From the NCBI GenBank assembly GCA_051362555.1, contig CM120645.1, positions 14,570,001 to 14,634,000 of the forward strand: a stretch of DNA of 64,000 bases, read 5' to 3'. The notes below the pieces were generated by a model. It had not been told where the DNA came from, ran no database searches, and saw only the letters and a program-made list of their open reading frames with translations. The translations under genes were made by a program, and so were the position numbers. Source of the stretch: Lingula anatina. Lineage: Eukaryota > Animalia > Brachiopoda. Below are positions 24,563 to 38,045 of the stretch, piece after piece; within the stretch, counting starts at the first letter, position 1, and each line of letters opens with the position of its first letter.

Positions 24563-26972
24563 GTGATTCACAGAAAATGAAACGGGTTCTTTCACCTTTT
24601 TTGGAGGTGATAAGTCATATACTGGCTAACTGTTATCAGCAAGTTTCCAGCTCAGCAGAAGGTTCCAAGAAAACTTTAACTGAAAGTGTGGAGAGGTGAA
24701 ATCAGACCTGTAACCATAATTTTTTTTTTTTTTTGCAAAATACCCCGGTAGTGAACTCTTTTACCCATTGGTCACCCAACTTGAAAAATGACGTATAGAA
24801 GCTAGATCAAATTTCATTTTTGTCCAAAATGGAGGTCTGTTCAAATTCACTGCCCCCCCCCCCCCCCACACCTCCCACCCTTTAAAGGTCTTTGCAGCTG
24901 TCCGGTAGTGCAATTTTGATAATAATAATTATTATGATTATATGATGGAAATCATAGCAACCAAGAGGTTTGAACTGAAAAAAAGATGAGTGTTAGTAAA
25001 ACATTAACAAAATCATTCATGAAATAAGATCTAATAAGCTTGGGTTTCTGAAAAGTGATTTATGTAAACGGAATGAATTTGTTGCAAATTACATTGCACT
25101 AAGTAAGAAGATTAAGTGCTATTGAGGTCTTTGGATAGAGCAGGTAAATTATAGCGCAATTTATCAGACTTGTAAGTACTTAAACTTTAATATCAACTTA
25201 TAATTTTATTTAATGAAGACAGAAGATTATTTTGTAAAGGCAAATTTCAGAATGGTGCTTTTTTTATTGTATTGAGACCGCAAAAAGATGCTAGAATGGT
25301 GATGTAAATAGAAGTGGACTTGCTAAAATGTCATATGAGATTATGGATTTCTTTTGGTGAAATGTACCCCTACATAGTGGTAAGAGAAGAAGGGGTTATG
25401 TTAGCTCTGGTTTCTTCATAAGAAAAAAAAAGGATGACAGTAAGAAAAATTAATATGCATAACTTAAAGTTAATCAAATGTTTTTATACGTATGATTTTG
25501 GGGGTTTGCCCACAGCCAACTGCTATTGGCAAGTTAATTAACTGATATAGAGTTATTAAGTAATGGGAGTGAATTTGTAATTTGGGGTTAGTCCGTGTGG
25601 GTGTGGATGTGGATGTGTATCATGCCTTTGACCATATGAAGAAAATTAAATTTGCTTTTCTTTTCCTCTTTATTTTTAAAAGATTGAACCTTTGAATAAT
25701 GTGGGTAAAATGATTGAAATAAGGTAGATGCAAAGAGTAGGGATTGACAACCTCCAGTGAATGTTTTTTGCCCTTTCAATATTAAGTTCTGTCTGAATGA
25801 AATATATGTAAAACAGTCAAGTAGAATTCTATATAAAAAGATTTTTAGAAATGTTCATGCAGTGCTATGAGACCGGTGGTTGCTGCCCATAGTGATCATT
25901 TTTGACTGGGAAGATGCTCTATAACCAAATTTCAAAACACTGTTGATTATCTGGGAATGCAATTTTACATTTGAAGAGGGGGTAAAACATTTTACTTACT
26001 TTGTCGTGCCATCAAGGGCAAAAAATAGTCACAGGAGAGGAACTTAAAAGATTCTATGCATGGTTTCTGCTGCCTTGTCCCAGGCTTGAATATATGCATC
26101 AAAACCGAAAGGTATAATTTCAGGGCAATTATGCAATATGTGTATATGTATGTGTGTTACAAATTCACATTTTGTATGTTAGTGATGTTAAGGGTTCACA
26201 GTTTTTATAATTATGCTCAGACTTATTTTCTGAGAACTTGCACTCCATTGGTATCAGTTAATTTAAGATACTTGAATGTGATACACAGCTTAAGTGATAC
26301 ACTGGTCTGTGTTTGTGTATTTATGATTTGTCCACAATTTGAACTTTTTTAAAGTCTCAGTGCAGATTTTGGATTGTTTTGGTATTTCATGCAAGAAATT
26401 ATTTGTACTTTGTTATGCTGTAAAATCATGCAAAAACAGACGTGTATTTTTCAAATTAGTATCAAATACATTACCCAGTAGATTAAAAGATTTTTTTATT
26501 ATTTCTTTTCCGTGGGATGGTTTGGTTTAATGTATTAATAGCTCTACGCGGCTCTTGACTAGTTGCATTTTGGGATTTAAACATTTTTAAGTATTGAAAA
26601 TATCCATTTTAAAAAGTATTTTGCTTTAATAAATTAAAATTAAGAAAAATGGAAAAAATGCATTTGAAGAACTTCTTTAAATGAACTGAATAAATGTATC
26701 GGGTTTTATTATCCAGAAAAATACATTTTCATATTCCAAAATTTTCAAGCAAATGAACACGTAGTCTAGTTTAACCTGACGTTATTTAACTAATTAATAG
26801 TTTTTAAACTAGAAACAGAACAGTTTTACCCGATGATGAAAATTAAAATAAAACAGAATAAGATTTAAAAACGCAACAGAATTTTAGCGCAGAATCGTGT
26901 ATATAACGTAACATATTGCAGTGAAAGAACACTGTGGAGGAAGGTCCACGGCTCCTCTCATATGCCAGGCTG

Positions 26973-28661
26973 TCACTGGCTGCATCTGCTGGGATAAAGT
27001 AGGTAACCTGTGAAAGTGCTGTGAAACTCCCCGGGGTGGTTATGAAGGGCGTGACCTCCAACCAAACCGATCCACACCTCGTCCCCTTTGAAGAGCCGCA
27101 AAGCGATAGTATTACTACCGGTGGAATGCCCTTTAGACGTTCCACCGTATCCCGTGTTCTTTATCTGGCCATTAAGGTACAATCGGACAAACACGGCCTT
27201 GCTGTTGATGCTGAGGCTGTGGTAATGGAAGACGTAGACCCCTGAACTCGGAGAGGTGAATTTGCCGGTGTCTTTGTTGTAACCGTTGCCGTCGTTCATG
27301 AAGACGGTGTCGTACACGACCACAGCTTCCCCCTTTCCGCTCAGATCTAGATCATGGGATCTCCCCGCCGAGAACGCCACCAGTTTGTTAGATGTGGCAC
27401 AAGTGCATGACACCAAATCTAGCAAAAGGAAAAAAGAGATAATAATGATTTTGATGCATTTGCCAACGCCAATGTTTGTTTTAACAAGGACTCTTCTGTC
27501 AAAATAAAAAGACGTTGCTGAATAACATGTGCAAAACAACTTTCTTAATGTCAACAATATATAAAAATAACAGAGTTGAAATGGTTAATAAATTTCAGAG
27601 AGACAAAAACCTTATATCACAGACTTCAAAATACTCGTGACCCAGATCCTCACAACAACACATACGTGTACAAACCACTGCGAACACATATTAACTGTTA
27701 TTTTATTGACTGTTTTTTCTCAAAGGGTAGTTTCAACTTGTTTTAAAAATGAAAATTTCACAACAAAATGCACCCCCCCCCTCAAATTATAATAAAACAA
27801 TATCAATCACAATAATCGAATAAAGCTGCTATTCGAACTTGACCTGAACTTGTTTTAAAAATGAAAATTTCACAAAAAATGCACCCCCCCCCCAAATTAT
27901 AATAAAACAATTTCAATCACAATAATCGAATGAATTACGCTATTCGAACATGACCTGTACTTAAGTTTCCAGTAATTTTGAGGATAATAGGTCACACGGC
28001 TTTCCTTAAATTGGCGAAAAGTGCAGGACGGAAAGTGCACGACGGCGACCACAGACGCAGGTGATGGTTATATATACATAAAAAGTAAAGAAATAACTAA
28101 AATTAGGTGATGAAGTATTATATTTTAGGGTAAAAAACCTTAACTTTTTCTTATTTGAAGCATTTCAGGATGTTGCTTGCTGCCAAGGGGAGAGAGGTAA
28201 AATTTCCAGATAAATTCAGTCCAGAACCCCAGTTTTATATCATCTGTAAAGATACAAGCTCCGCTCATAGCATGCCTAAATCAGTGGAAAAATTTTGATC
28301 ACGTGTATTATTACTCTCTCTGTTAGTAATCCTTGTCAACCGTGCAGGCAAATTTATGAAAATGACATGTCTTATAAAACAAACACCCCACCATACGTAT
28401 TTACCCACTGGTAGGGGGCCTACCAGGACAAAATTCCGTTATCTGAACAGTGTCTCATTTCAAACACATGCCAGGACTGAAAATAATGTTTCTAAATTCA
28501 CTCGAACACTATTTTTTCAGCATTTCAGGATGTTTCTAACTGGCACAAAACTGATTTTCTATTTATTAAAAAAACTGAGGTAAGGTACATGTACCTTGAG
28601 AATCAGCTCTTGTGAACATCGTGACGATGGTCAATATAAAACCAACAGAGTAACTCGTCAT
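26973..28661 (-). CDS. Secreted globular-head C1q domain protein (sghC1q, ~170 aa)
   Basis: Exon 1 (28661-28595) encodes signal peptide MTSYSVGFILTIVTMFTRADSQ and is followed by a phase-1 intron. Exon 2 (27418-26973) has gC1q motifs VAFSA, VVYDTVFMNDGNGYNKDTGKFTSP..GVYVF, L.L.KGDEVW and STFTGYLLY. Confidence 0.92.
27735..27957 (+). repeat. ~112-bp tandem duplication in the C1q intron, probably within a non-autonomous repeat element
   Basis: AACTTGTTTTAAAAATGAAAATTTCAC...TATTCGAAC.TGACCTG occurs twice, starting at 27735 and 27847. Confidence 0.85.
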
Positions 28662-31600
28662 GGTGTACAGCAAACTGGCAAATTAGCTTGATGTTGTCCA
28701 AAGTCTTCTTGCAAAATAGGTGTGAAGATCGCAGCGGACTACCCCAAAAAAACACAAACGAGCACACACACTGTATCAGTAATAAGTAAAAAATACGTGG
28801 TTGAACGCCCCCTTTTATTCATGGAACAACACGTGTTATCATACATAATTTGCACGAGGCAAAAACGTAGGGGTTGTACGTGCATGTGCAGGAGGAATAT
28901 ATTACTTTAAATTCTCACATCATAATTCATGGAGAGGATTAAACAATTTATGGTTGAATGGGCCTTAATCTCATTTTTTGTTGCACTAACTGAATAAAGT
29001 TCTTAGCAGAACAAAAATAAGTAAAAGATTTATATTAAGTCGCTTCGACTTTAAGAAATTTAGAACGTTTTGGGAGATATAATCTCAACATCGTGATTGC
29101 AAATGTCCTAATATTTCACATATCCTGAAATCTGTTTAATCACATTTCCGAGAAGTCGAGTCTAGGCGAAATCTAAGTGCATCAACCTTATCTGATTGAA
29201 ATGAGTTAGGTTATAGAATCATACTGAGGTTTGGGACAATTAATATGTATGTCCTTGTCAATTAACAATTGGTAATGTATTGTTTGGTATACTGTATTTA
29301 TTGTTTTGTCCAACGTAAATACAATGCTTCTAACATTTGATCGCATCGAAGTTTACAATACAAATAGTAAAAACTAAATGGATGAGGTCAGAAATCTACA
29401 CTGAAGTGAATCGGTTTAAAATCAAATCAGAACTCTTAGGATTAACCTCTCTTTTCTATACATTAATAAAAAACTACCGGCTTTTCGTAAAATTGAGATG
29501 TCCTAAGATAAGCAAATTAGTCATTTTTCCCTTTCAGCAATTTATACCCCCCCCCCCCCATTTATACAAAAAAGCGGTATGAATATTATAATCTATAAAT
29601 AATAGAAAATCAGCTTGTGGATCTTAATTGTGACAGCGGTTTTACATATGGCCTACACGTACTTGACGATAAAAGAAATAGTATTAAAATTCTCAGGAAA
29701 ATTGAATTTTAGCTGCATAAAAGTCTAGCGTTTATCTTGTGATTATAAGGATTTTTAGTAATAAGTATAGCAGTGCGATTTAAGAGAATACATGTACATT
29801 ACATTGAAAATATAAAAATGGGGGGGGGGGATAGATTCATTTGTTCAATGTTATACAAGTCCTTTCAAGAGCAAAAGAAACAATTTAAAATGATATTCAT
29901 AAATGACAGCAATACCCAAGAAAGTTATCTTACTAAAATTAATATTAACATATGTACGAACCTCATTAAATATTTCGTTTTCATTACTTCGCACTATGCG
30001 CGACCGCTGCTTTTCCTTTCGCGCTCGTCATTCCTCCCCAGTGCGAGCCCCCAAACAACCTAATTATTGAAGCTTGCCATTTTATTGAGAATTCAGCGGG
30101 CAGGGGGACCGAAATGATCCATATATTCATACCATGTTGTGCTGAGAACTTTCTCGAATTATCGGTCTTTCAGACGTGTACCTTGACGAAAACGCTTAAC
30201 AGCAAATAGTTGGACAAAGTAGATAGAGTGCTGATAGTGAGCGTGGCCGTAGAAGTTTTGTAATGTTTTTAAAAGTTTTAAAAAGTTTTACCAGTTCAGA
30301 TCCTGGCTTAAATTAAGACCCAGGAAGAAGAAATCTTAGAGTGATTTGCAAGAGGCCATCCATAACAGTTTTATACAGATCGTTTTAATTTAGAGCTTTT
30401 CCATTGGGACTGGACACCCTTTTTCACATATTATATATATATGCACTCTGACCTGATGAGGTCTCTACTCCTTGATGGCGTACTGGGAAGTCAATATTTT
30501 TAGACTTTTTTAGACATGATTTCCTCAATCCCTTTCTCTCACTTTACCCCCCCCCCCCCAACTCTCATTCTCTCAAAACCCGCTCTGTGAACACGGGGTA
30601 TAACTCTACCTCTGTCTCTGTCTCTCTCAACCCCCGACCTCTGCTCTCATTCACCCCCCCCCCCTCCGCCCTCCTCTCTCGCTCATCTCAACTGGAGGGA
30701 AACTTTCATAAATGTTGCTCGTGTTTTGATAATGTAGCTTGACTTTTCTTATAAGACACACCATAAAATTCAAGGAACCGACCCCCTTACACCCTCTTTC
30801 TCTTGCAACTTCCGTCTCTCACACAGTCTACCTCCCATTTCTTTTAAAGGGTGTTAAACATATAAGTTTGCATAGGCTCATTTAACTTTGTGCACTTTGA
30901 AGTTTTTGCATAACAGCACAAGGACACCTAAGACAGTTGGGCACTGTTAGAGATTTTAGATCAGTAATCCCACTCAAACAGATATGATCTCAAAGACATA
31001 ATTGTAAACGACCTCACATTTCACATTTCCTGAAATCTGTTTCATTGTATTTCCTAGAAGTTAAGCCTAGACGAAATCGGAGTGAATGCCCCAGACATAG
31101 CTTTATTTCATAACTTATCTCACCTGTCTGAGGTGAAATAAAGCTAATGTCTGGGACAATTAATATGTTTTTGCCAGTTCAAGAAATAACGTAAGTTGCA
31201 AAGTAAATCTGATATATTATGCGCTTTTTCTTAACAACGCACTATATCACAAGTAATTATTTACGACTGTTCATTCAATTAAAATGATAAACAGATAATT
31301 AACGCCAAAAATTCTTCTTTTTCTCGTCGCTTGAAACCTTGCACACCTCTTCTTTTCTCGGTTTTTGGTTGAAGACGGTGCGTGGTCGGACTCGGCAGTG
31401 CTGCAAACGCAGTCAGAGACCTGTGAAACATGCTTGTCGTCCAGAGGTTTAATTTGAAGTCAAATAATAAAGTCAACGTTAAAAAGTTAATAGTGGAATT
31501 CTGGTATTTTTGGAAGCTCTACTCCGATACTGTACATACATGGCAGCCGCATGTACTGTAGCTGACAGATTCGCCGGACACCAGAGTATAAGATATAAAC

Positions 31601-32513
31601 TAAAAAAAGGCACTCAGAGACCGTAGACCCCCGCCACTACATATGATTATCTATCATAACTACATTATTAATTTATCAATGGATCATCACTAAAATCTAA
31701 CCACTTTTAAGTTAGTTCATTTCTGACATTTTGAAAATTTTATCAAAAGCCATTTTATTTGCTGGCGACAAACAGACAAACGGAGGTGAAAACACCCTCC
31801 ATGGCGGAGCTAATAAATACGTGTACAGCTTCCACCACCTACCCCTGTTGATATACATTACATGCATATATTTAAAATATAGCTGTAATGGCAACGTTTT
31901 TTCAGCCGGCAACAGGTCTGTTAGTCGGAGACAAGCAAAGCTGTACACTAAAGCAATAGGTGCTCTACACATGCTGCGTGGAAGAGCAAGTTGCATTAAG
32001 GAAGTATTTTTTTTTTTCAAAAGATCTGGCAATCAGCATCAAGACCAAAGATGCTGAAGCCCAATCGTTAACGCATAGCGCTGGCTGAGAGTCAAGTACA
32101 TGCAGCTGCGAATCGTATCTGTGGCTGTGTATTTGTGGCTACTGGTATTTCTTTGGTGCTCGTTAGTTTCGATTTTAATCTTTATTTTATTAACCATGTT
32201 TGTAAAATTTTATCTTATGTTTTTTTTTACTGAGCTAAGGTTTAAAAGATTGACCATTTTGTATGATATAAAAGGCGTGTTATCTGCATTGTGAGGGTCT
32301 AGACCAAAAATCCCCCTACACGACACTTGCTGATGTCAACAAATACATCGAGTCGTGCCATCGACCTTAACATTGCCATATATGGTAAAATCACATAGAG
32401 CTTAACGACGCGAATCCCTATAATTACACGTTCTTTGCTCGTTTTGTTTACCTGTAACTGTTGTTTCTGCTGATGAACAATTAACCACGACCGACTCAAG
32501 TCGCTGCAAGAAG

Positions 32514-33785
32514 ATGCGCCTTTTCCTTACTTTGATGCTACTGTCCCTGTTGCTGCTGGCTGCAGTAGGTGAGTCGAGACATATATACATGTAGTTCTGG
32601 CATTGAATAACCAAGGATGTCACGCTCGGGATTTCTCAACGCTAGTCACGAGCTGTAATAGTTTAGGTGTGTTTTAGGTTTGAAGTCGGCTTGTCGAGAT
32701 TAGTACAAACTTATTTTTGCACTTTTCTCCATGTCTTGTCACAAGTGCTTTTTTGTGAAAAGATAAACACAGAAAAGACACCACCCACAATCTTTATTGC
32801 TCTAAAAGAATTTTGATTTGTCATATTTGATTGAATAGCTGCTTCACAAGTCATTTTCAATACTTGAGCGATTGATTAACAGCTGTCTAGACAACTGGTT
32901 AATGTAAAACATTTTATTTTTGTTTCAGATGCTTACACTAGTCCGCCATTCATCGTAAGGCATTGGTCCAGTAGGTTGTGCTATGACTATGTAGATTGGT
33001 GGAGCGGGGGTCATCACTATGAGAAATTCCGAGTAGACAACTGCAAAAATGCCAACGAACTAGTATGGCAGCAAGTCTTAGGGCACTACGGTTATCTTAA
33101 AGTGGTTGGAACGAAGGGGCATTGCCTGGGTCCCTGGGGACGTTCAGCTCAGCCAGATGATGACACTGCGATTTTCCCGCATTTTACTTGCTATTCTTCA
33201 GCTCTGTTCACAATCGATGACGAGAACGGCTACATCAAACATGCTGGTGGAAGTTACGTCCATCCGTATCCCTTCAACCGCGATATACCAAGATGGCAGT
33301 CGGACCTGATTATACACAAAGATAAAAATATAAACAATAGGTTCGACTTTGTGCAGAAAAATAACCATAATGCGAAGGTTAAGATCATGCCAACCCCCAA
33401 CGTTTCCGGATTCTGGGAGAAAATCACTTGTTGGTTGAACGTGCACAAAGGTGAGCTCAAGTATTCGGTGAAAGTTGGCACCAGCACATCCTCTTCCACG
33501 ACCACGACGCATGCGTGGGAAGTATCATTTTCTGCTGCCTACAAAATCATTTCAGCCAGCGCCAAGTACAGCGGTTCGTTCTCATCCACTTACCAGCAAC
33601 AATGGCACACAGAAACTACCATAGAGAGAAGAATCATGATTGAAGAGGAAGGCGGCACCGTGTGCATCTGGCAATGGGTCTACACTTTTGATCAGTTCCA
33701 GGATAAGTTCACGTTCAAAGCTCTCACTCTTCTCGAGACCCGCAGCGAAGCACGTCCAACTCGAATCCCCGGGGGTAAAAAGTAG
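32514..33785 (+). CDS. Secreted chimeric mytilectin-type beta-trefoil lectin with aerolysin-like pore-forming domain (~303 aa)
   Basis: Exon 1 (32514-32568) encodes signal peptide MRLFLTLMLLSLLLLAAV and is followed by a phase-1 intron; exon 2 is 32929-33785. ALFTIDDENGYIKHAGGSYVHP...LIIHKDK....FDFV resembles the MytiLec/CGL gamma subdomain. The C-terminal half is Ser/Thr-rich with an alternating hairpin (WEVSFSAAYKIISASAKYSGSFS) and VCIWQW, typical of beta-pore-forming toxins. Confidence 0.85.
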
Positions 33786-36197
33786 ATAATCCCAGCTATG
33801 GTATTTTGGAACATTTCACTCTCAGAATCAGTTTGCATTTTGTGTACGGATTCTCTGCGTTCCCTTTCATTCAAACTGAAATATCCTTATAATTCTTACA
33901 TACTCTATTATTCATACCGGTCTTGCTAAGGAGTGATTGAAATAAGCCTAAAGACATTCAGATACATTGATAACCCTGAAACTTACGATATTCAGAACCA
34001 TTCAGATAAACCTAAAGCTATTCAGACAGATTCAAATAAAATAAACATATTCAGACGAGCAGGGTTTTTTTATGTTTTTTCCTCCATGTTTTGGCGAATA
34101 ATTTATGGGAAGATTTTTCCTCTACAAATAAAGGCATGTTTCGCATTCATATTTGATCTGAAAATTAACTTAGACAACTCTTAATACAACATTAATTGCA
34201 ATTGAAAGGGTCACTAGCAATTAAAAAAATGTTGATTCAGCATGATTTGCCATTAACGTTTTCAAAGATAAATTCGAAGGAAATTTTACTTGTATTCCTT
34301 GCGTGCGAACAAAATTGTAATACCTTTAACACTCACATTTGAGAAGTAAAAAGAGATGAGAGAGATGAAACAAATGCTGATGTTTGATAAATAGCTTCAT
34401 TTGATATCAAGCAATCGCTTTATCTTCTGACGTGTTTTTCTAAATACGGATAAGTAGTGGTTTCCCTGAGCAAGAAATGCCGTATTGAGCCAGGCTAACA
34501 CTGGCCGTGCTGCGATTTTGCTTGATGTGCCTGATACAAACAATAAAGAATGACAGATGTTTGAATAAAGAACATTACTTCATGACATGATTTTCTGTAT
34601 CACTTACTCATTGCGATAGGGGTGACACTTTTTTTGGTAAAGGAGTGTGATATACAGTATATATAATTGCTCTTGAGGTGACCTCTAACAAGTGGGAGAC
34701 AAATGGTTTCCAGAATAATCCTGCATTTGGCGTGGTTCGGGTTTCGGTTGATGAGCACCACCAATTAGAATTTCGATCTAAACACAGATGCTCGCACTGC
34801 CCCTAGTCACTCTTGGAAGCAACACGTGCTTACCATACTCTGTCATAGGCCTTCTCCGGATGTATGTGAACTCTTATTCGAGCAATGCAGCAGTACAATT
34901 GAAATCTGGCAACATAACTGATAACCACTTAGTTCCGGTTTTGAGTCCAGGGACACTGATGGTTCCCAACTCAATGCAGGAGTAGACGACGATGTAACGC
35001 TCTTTACAGAGTGTTCCTCATATAATGTAGGTCATCTGGTATAATATAGTAAGCTGCTTAACCCAGTTTGGAGCTTACAAAGAGCTTTGGAAATGCTTTT
35101 TGGTGAATGTTTGCCCCTCAATATGAGGGGAAATGGGTGTGTTTGTTTATTTACAGCAGTAAATGCATTTGCCATAAGCTCTCTGATTTTCGTATGGGTA
35201 ATTTTAGTTTTGTTTCTTCGTGCCTCGTGATACAGTTTTGATATGAATTTTGTAGGTTATTGTCAGCCGACCCCTACTTTTATTGTTATTTGTGTTTGTT
35301 TGTCTTCTCTTTATCCTTACCGTTTCAACCGTTTCCAAACCAAACGCATTTTCTTCCATAATTTAAGAGTCTGATTGTCGTTTGACCAGGTGGCATTGGG
35401 GTTCTGTCTTTTTTACCCTCTACCAGGCCTATAGATTTTTCACTAGATATTCACAGATATGTCTATGGTTAATTCATGGTACATTCGCGTTGGTGAAATA
35501 ATGCATATAATTAATATGCGGCCATGGTAGAGGGTAATATGGTGCACATGGGCGAAAACATTTTAGTCACACATTTTCATAATGCCGTTCTTCCTGACAA
35601 TAATGGTATTTATCTAAATGTTTCATTCAATTACAGCACATAGTTTCTCGGGATTTTGTACCGAGATATTTCTAGATATAAATTACGACGGGAGGAGAAC
35701 GGTGGTGAAGATATGTATAGTACAATGCAGGATAAGGTATTTTCTTGGAAATCGGCGTCTAAGTTGAATTCCAGGTAATTGTCACTACTTGATAACCGTT
35801 CCCTTAGCGTTCTTACTTATTATGCGTAGCAAGCTTTTATAGTGTTTGAATTAATGACATGCCAATAAGAAGATTCTCCCCTTGAGTGACGGAGAAAATG
35901 TAAGTCCGTATCCGTCGCCACCCATCACGTAAACCCATCAAAACAAATTGCTTGAACAATTCGATAAATTTTGAGAAAAACTCCGACAATTTTCTGTTCT
36001 TAACTCAGCATCGTCTGGTTGATAACAAGAAGGATTTGGCATAAGCTATTAAGAATGCTTTGCTTTTTAAACCGGTCTATTATACTCAATGACAGATCAC
36101 TTATATTGTATTGGTCAAAATTTGTATATAAAGAAGATCGCTGTAAGGCGTGATTTAGTATGATATATCTCCGTGGCTGACACTGACCAAACTCAGA

Positions 36198-37382
36198 ATG
36201 TTGAATGCGTCTGAATTTGAGATCTACCGGTACATCGCGCATTTGGAGTAGGCGCTTTTACCGCCGTCTCGGGAGAGCCTTCTTACGCTCTCTGTTATCG
36301 CTGTAATAATAAACAGCGTTTCTTTGGCAGTCTTGGGGCGTTTGACAAGGGCCCTTACAACTCTTCAAATCAATCTGGTGAATTTGGCAGTGTCAGACTT
36401 AATGTGCGCCATGAGCATGACGGCATTAACCTGCGTCAACATCTATATTCAGACGAATATGCCACTTTTCCAAAAGCCGAAAGGGTCAGTTGACGGCGCT
36501 TCTGCCCTTGATGAAGCGACCAACGTGACCGAGAACGCTACCAGTACAGCACTTTTTGAAGATGTCACCACTCTGGATTCCGACGAGAATGACCCAGTGG
36601 GTTTGATAAGCATAGCTTGCTTTGAGCGGTTTATCGGCAGCCTGACGTGTTATTTCACTTTGTTGCCAGTGATGGCCACTACCTCTCTCATCTACCACCA
36701 ACTCACCATCATATGGTTTCCCTTGGATTTGACCATAAAGAACAACAAGAAACCAACGGTGCTTTTCGTGATCTTGTCCTACCTCATCCCGCTGGTAGCC
36801 TGGGCCATGGGAATCATCTTTGCAGTTGTAAAGAATCCCCAAGACGATTGCTTACTTACGCTAATGTCTCAGCCAGTATATTTAGCCGTAAGTGGGACTG
36901 TTAGCATAACAACTGTCATAGCGTTTGTTGTCAACACGGTTATGCTAGCCTTACTCCTCTACAAAGCCCGGAAACAGATGACACAAGGCCCATCGAAGAT
37001 CATGGCGGAAAAAGCCTTCAAGACAAGTCTAACTATAGCGATGTTGTGGGCTACCATCTTTGTCCTTTGGAGTTCCGGCGTCGTGGCTTTTTCCATATTT
37101 TTCTCTTTCGACCTTATCCATTCGCCCATTCCTGAGGATTTCACCACTGTTCATGTCGTGGCTATGAACTTGTTTATGCTGAACCCGGTTCTGGACCCTA
37201 TCATATATGGCCTGCGTATTCCTGAAGTCAAAGAAGCATATACGCGTATGCTGTGCTGTAATAACCCACAAAGAGGCAACAACATCGTGGCGCCCATCGC
37301 TACAGCTACCTTGGGTACTAGGTCAGTAGAATCTCAAGACACTAGAGAACCGTGCGGTTCTTTTGAAATCGAGAATTATTAA
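36198..37382 (+). pseudogene. Intronless class A (rhodopsin-like) orphan GPCR with an in-frame TAG at codon 18 (nonsense allele or readthrough)
   Basis: ATG 36198 MLNASEFEIYRYIAHLE*ALLPP continues in frame into a 7TM ORF: TM1 IIN, TM2 NLAVSD, TM7 NPVLDPIIY, C-terminal CC. The stop is at 36249-36251. Confidence 0.75.
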
Positions 37383-37531
37383 TATATTTTTTGCCTAGGA
37401 GAAACATTGTATTAGAGCTAGGCGTGTGGTAATCATTATGTACATCTCCACGCTTAAGTGTGTTGTTTTCAGTTTGGTTATTGTAATTATAGGCGCGAAG
37501 GAAGCAAATTTATTTCTCTTTGTATACATGT

Positions 37532-37562
<31 letters not shown>

Positions 37563-37728
37563 GGTAAATATTCAGAAAAAGTATCGTTTTAGTTTGAGTA
37601 TACAAGTTAAAGATTCATATGAGTATACTCTAGAACATTTATTCAAGTATTTAATGATACTACATGTATATTAATGTAAACTTTAATGCAGTATTTAAGT
37701 TTATCAAGTGTGAGCCTTGTGCAAAGCA

Positions 37729-38045
37729 TTGTTCATATCGTTGCTATGAACTTTGTTTATGCTAAACCTGCTTTTTGACCCTATCATTTTTGGTGTAATT
37801 ATTTTGAACATCTCCACGCTTAGGCGTGTTGTTTTCAGTTTGGTTATTGTTACAGGTCCGTAGCCAGCAAATTCAAAAGGGGGGTTCTTTTTCTGTAAAA
37901 GTGGACCTTTTACAATGAAACTTATGTGTACCTAGATCAAATTTTACCCTAAATGGACCCTTTCATGACAAAAGGGGCAGTTCTTTCGAACCCCCCAACC
38001 CCCCTGGCTACGGGCCTGTGTAATTACAGGCGCGAAAGAAGCAAA
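37729..38045 (+). pseudogene. Degenerate duplicate of the GPCR TM7 and 3' flank
   Basis: TGTTCATATCGTTGCTATGAACTTTGTTTATGCTAAACC..GACCCTATCAT matches 37148-37211 with frameshifts. It is followed by a copy of 37442-37508. Confidence 0.75.
37853..38018 (+). mobile_element. 166-bp MITE with 15-bp TIRs
   Basis: Ends are CAGGTCCGTAGCCAG and CTGGCTACGGGCCTG, flanked by TGTTA/TGTAA. It is absent from the paralogous empty site at ~37480. Confidence 0.85.

Noticed and set aside
27419-27557. Hydrophobic N-terminus of the 194-aa C1q ORF as a transmembrane anchor
   Set aside because: It is the translated polypyrimidine tract of the intron; the real signal peptide is on exon 28661-28595.
29990-30260. 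CpG-rich patch with AAAATGGC motif as a separate gene start
   Set aside because: No ORF or convincing exon chain follows; it is likelier a transposon remnant or regulatory patch and cannot be supported.
31279-31476. GC-richer minus-strand ORF
   Set aside because: No recognisable motif in any frame and no linkable exons.
34700-35000. Possible retroelement remnant (EKAYDRVW-like string on the minus strand)
   Set aside because: Too short and degenerate to assign.
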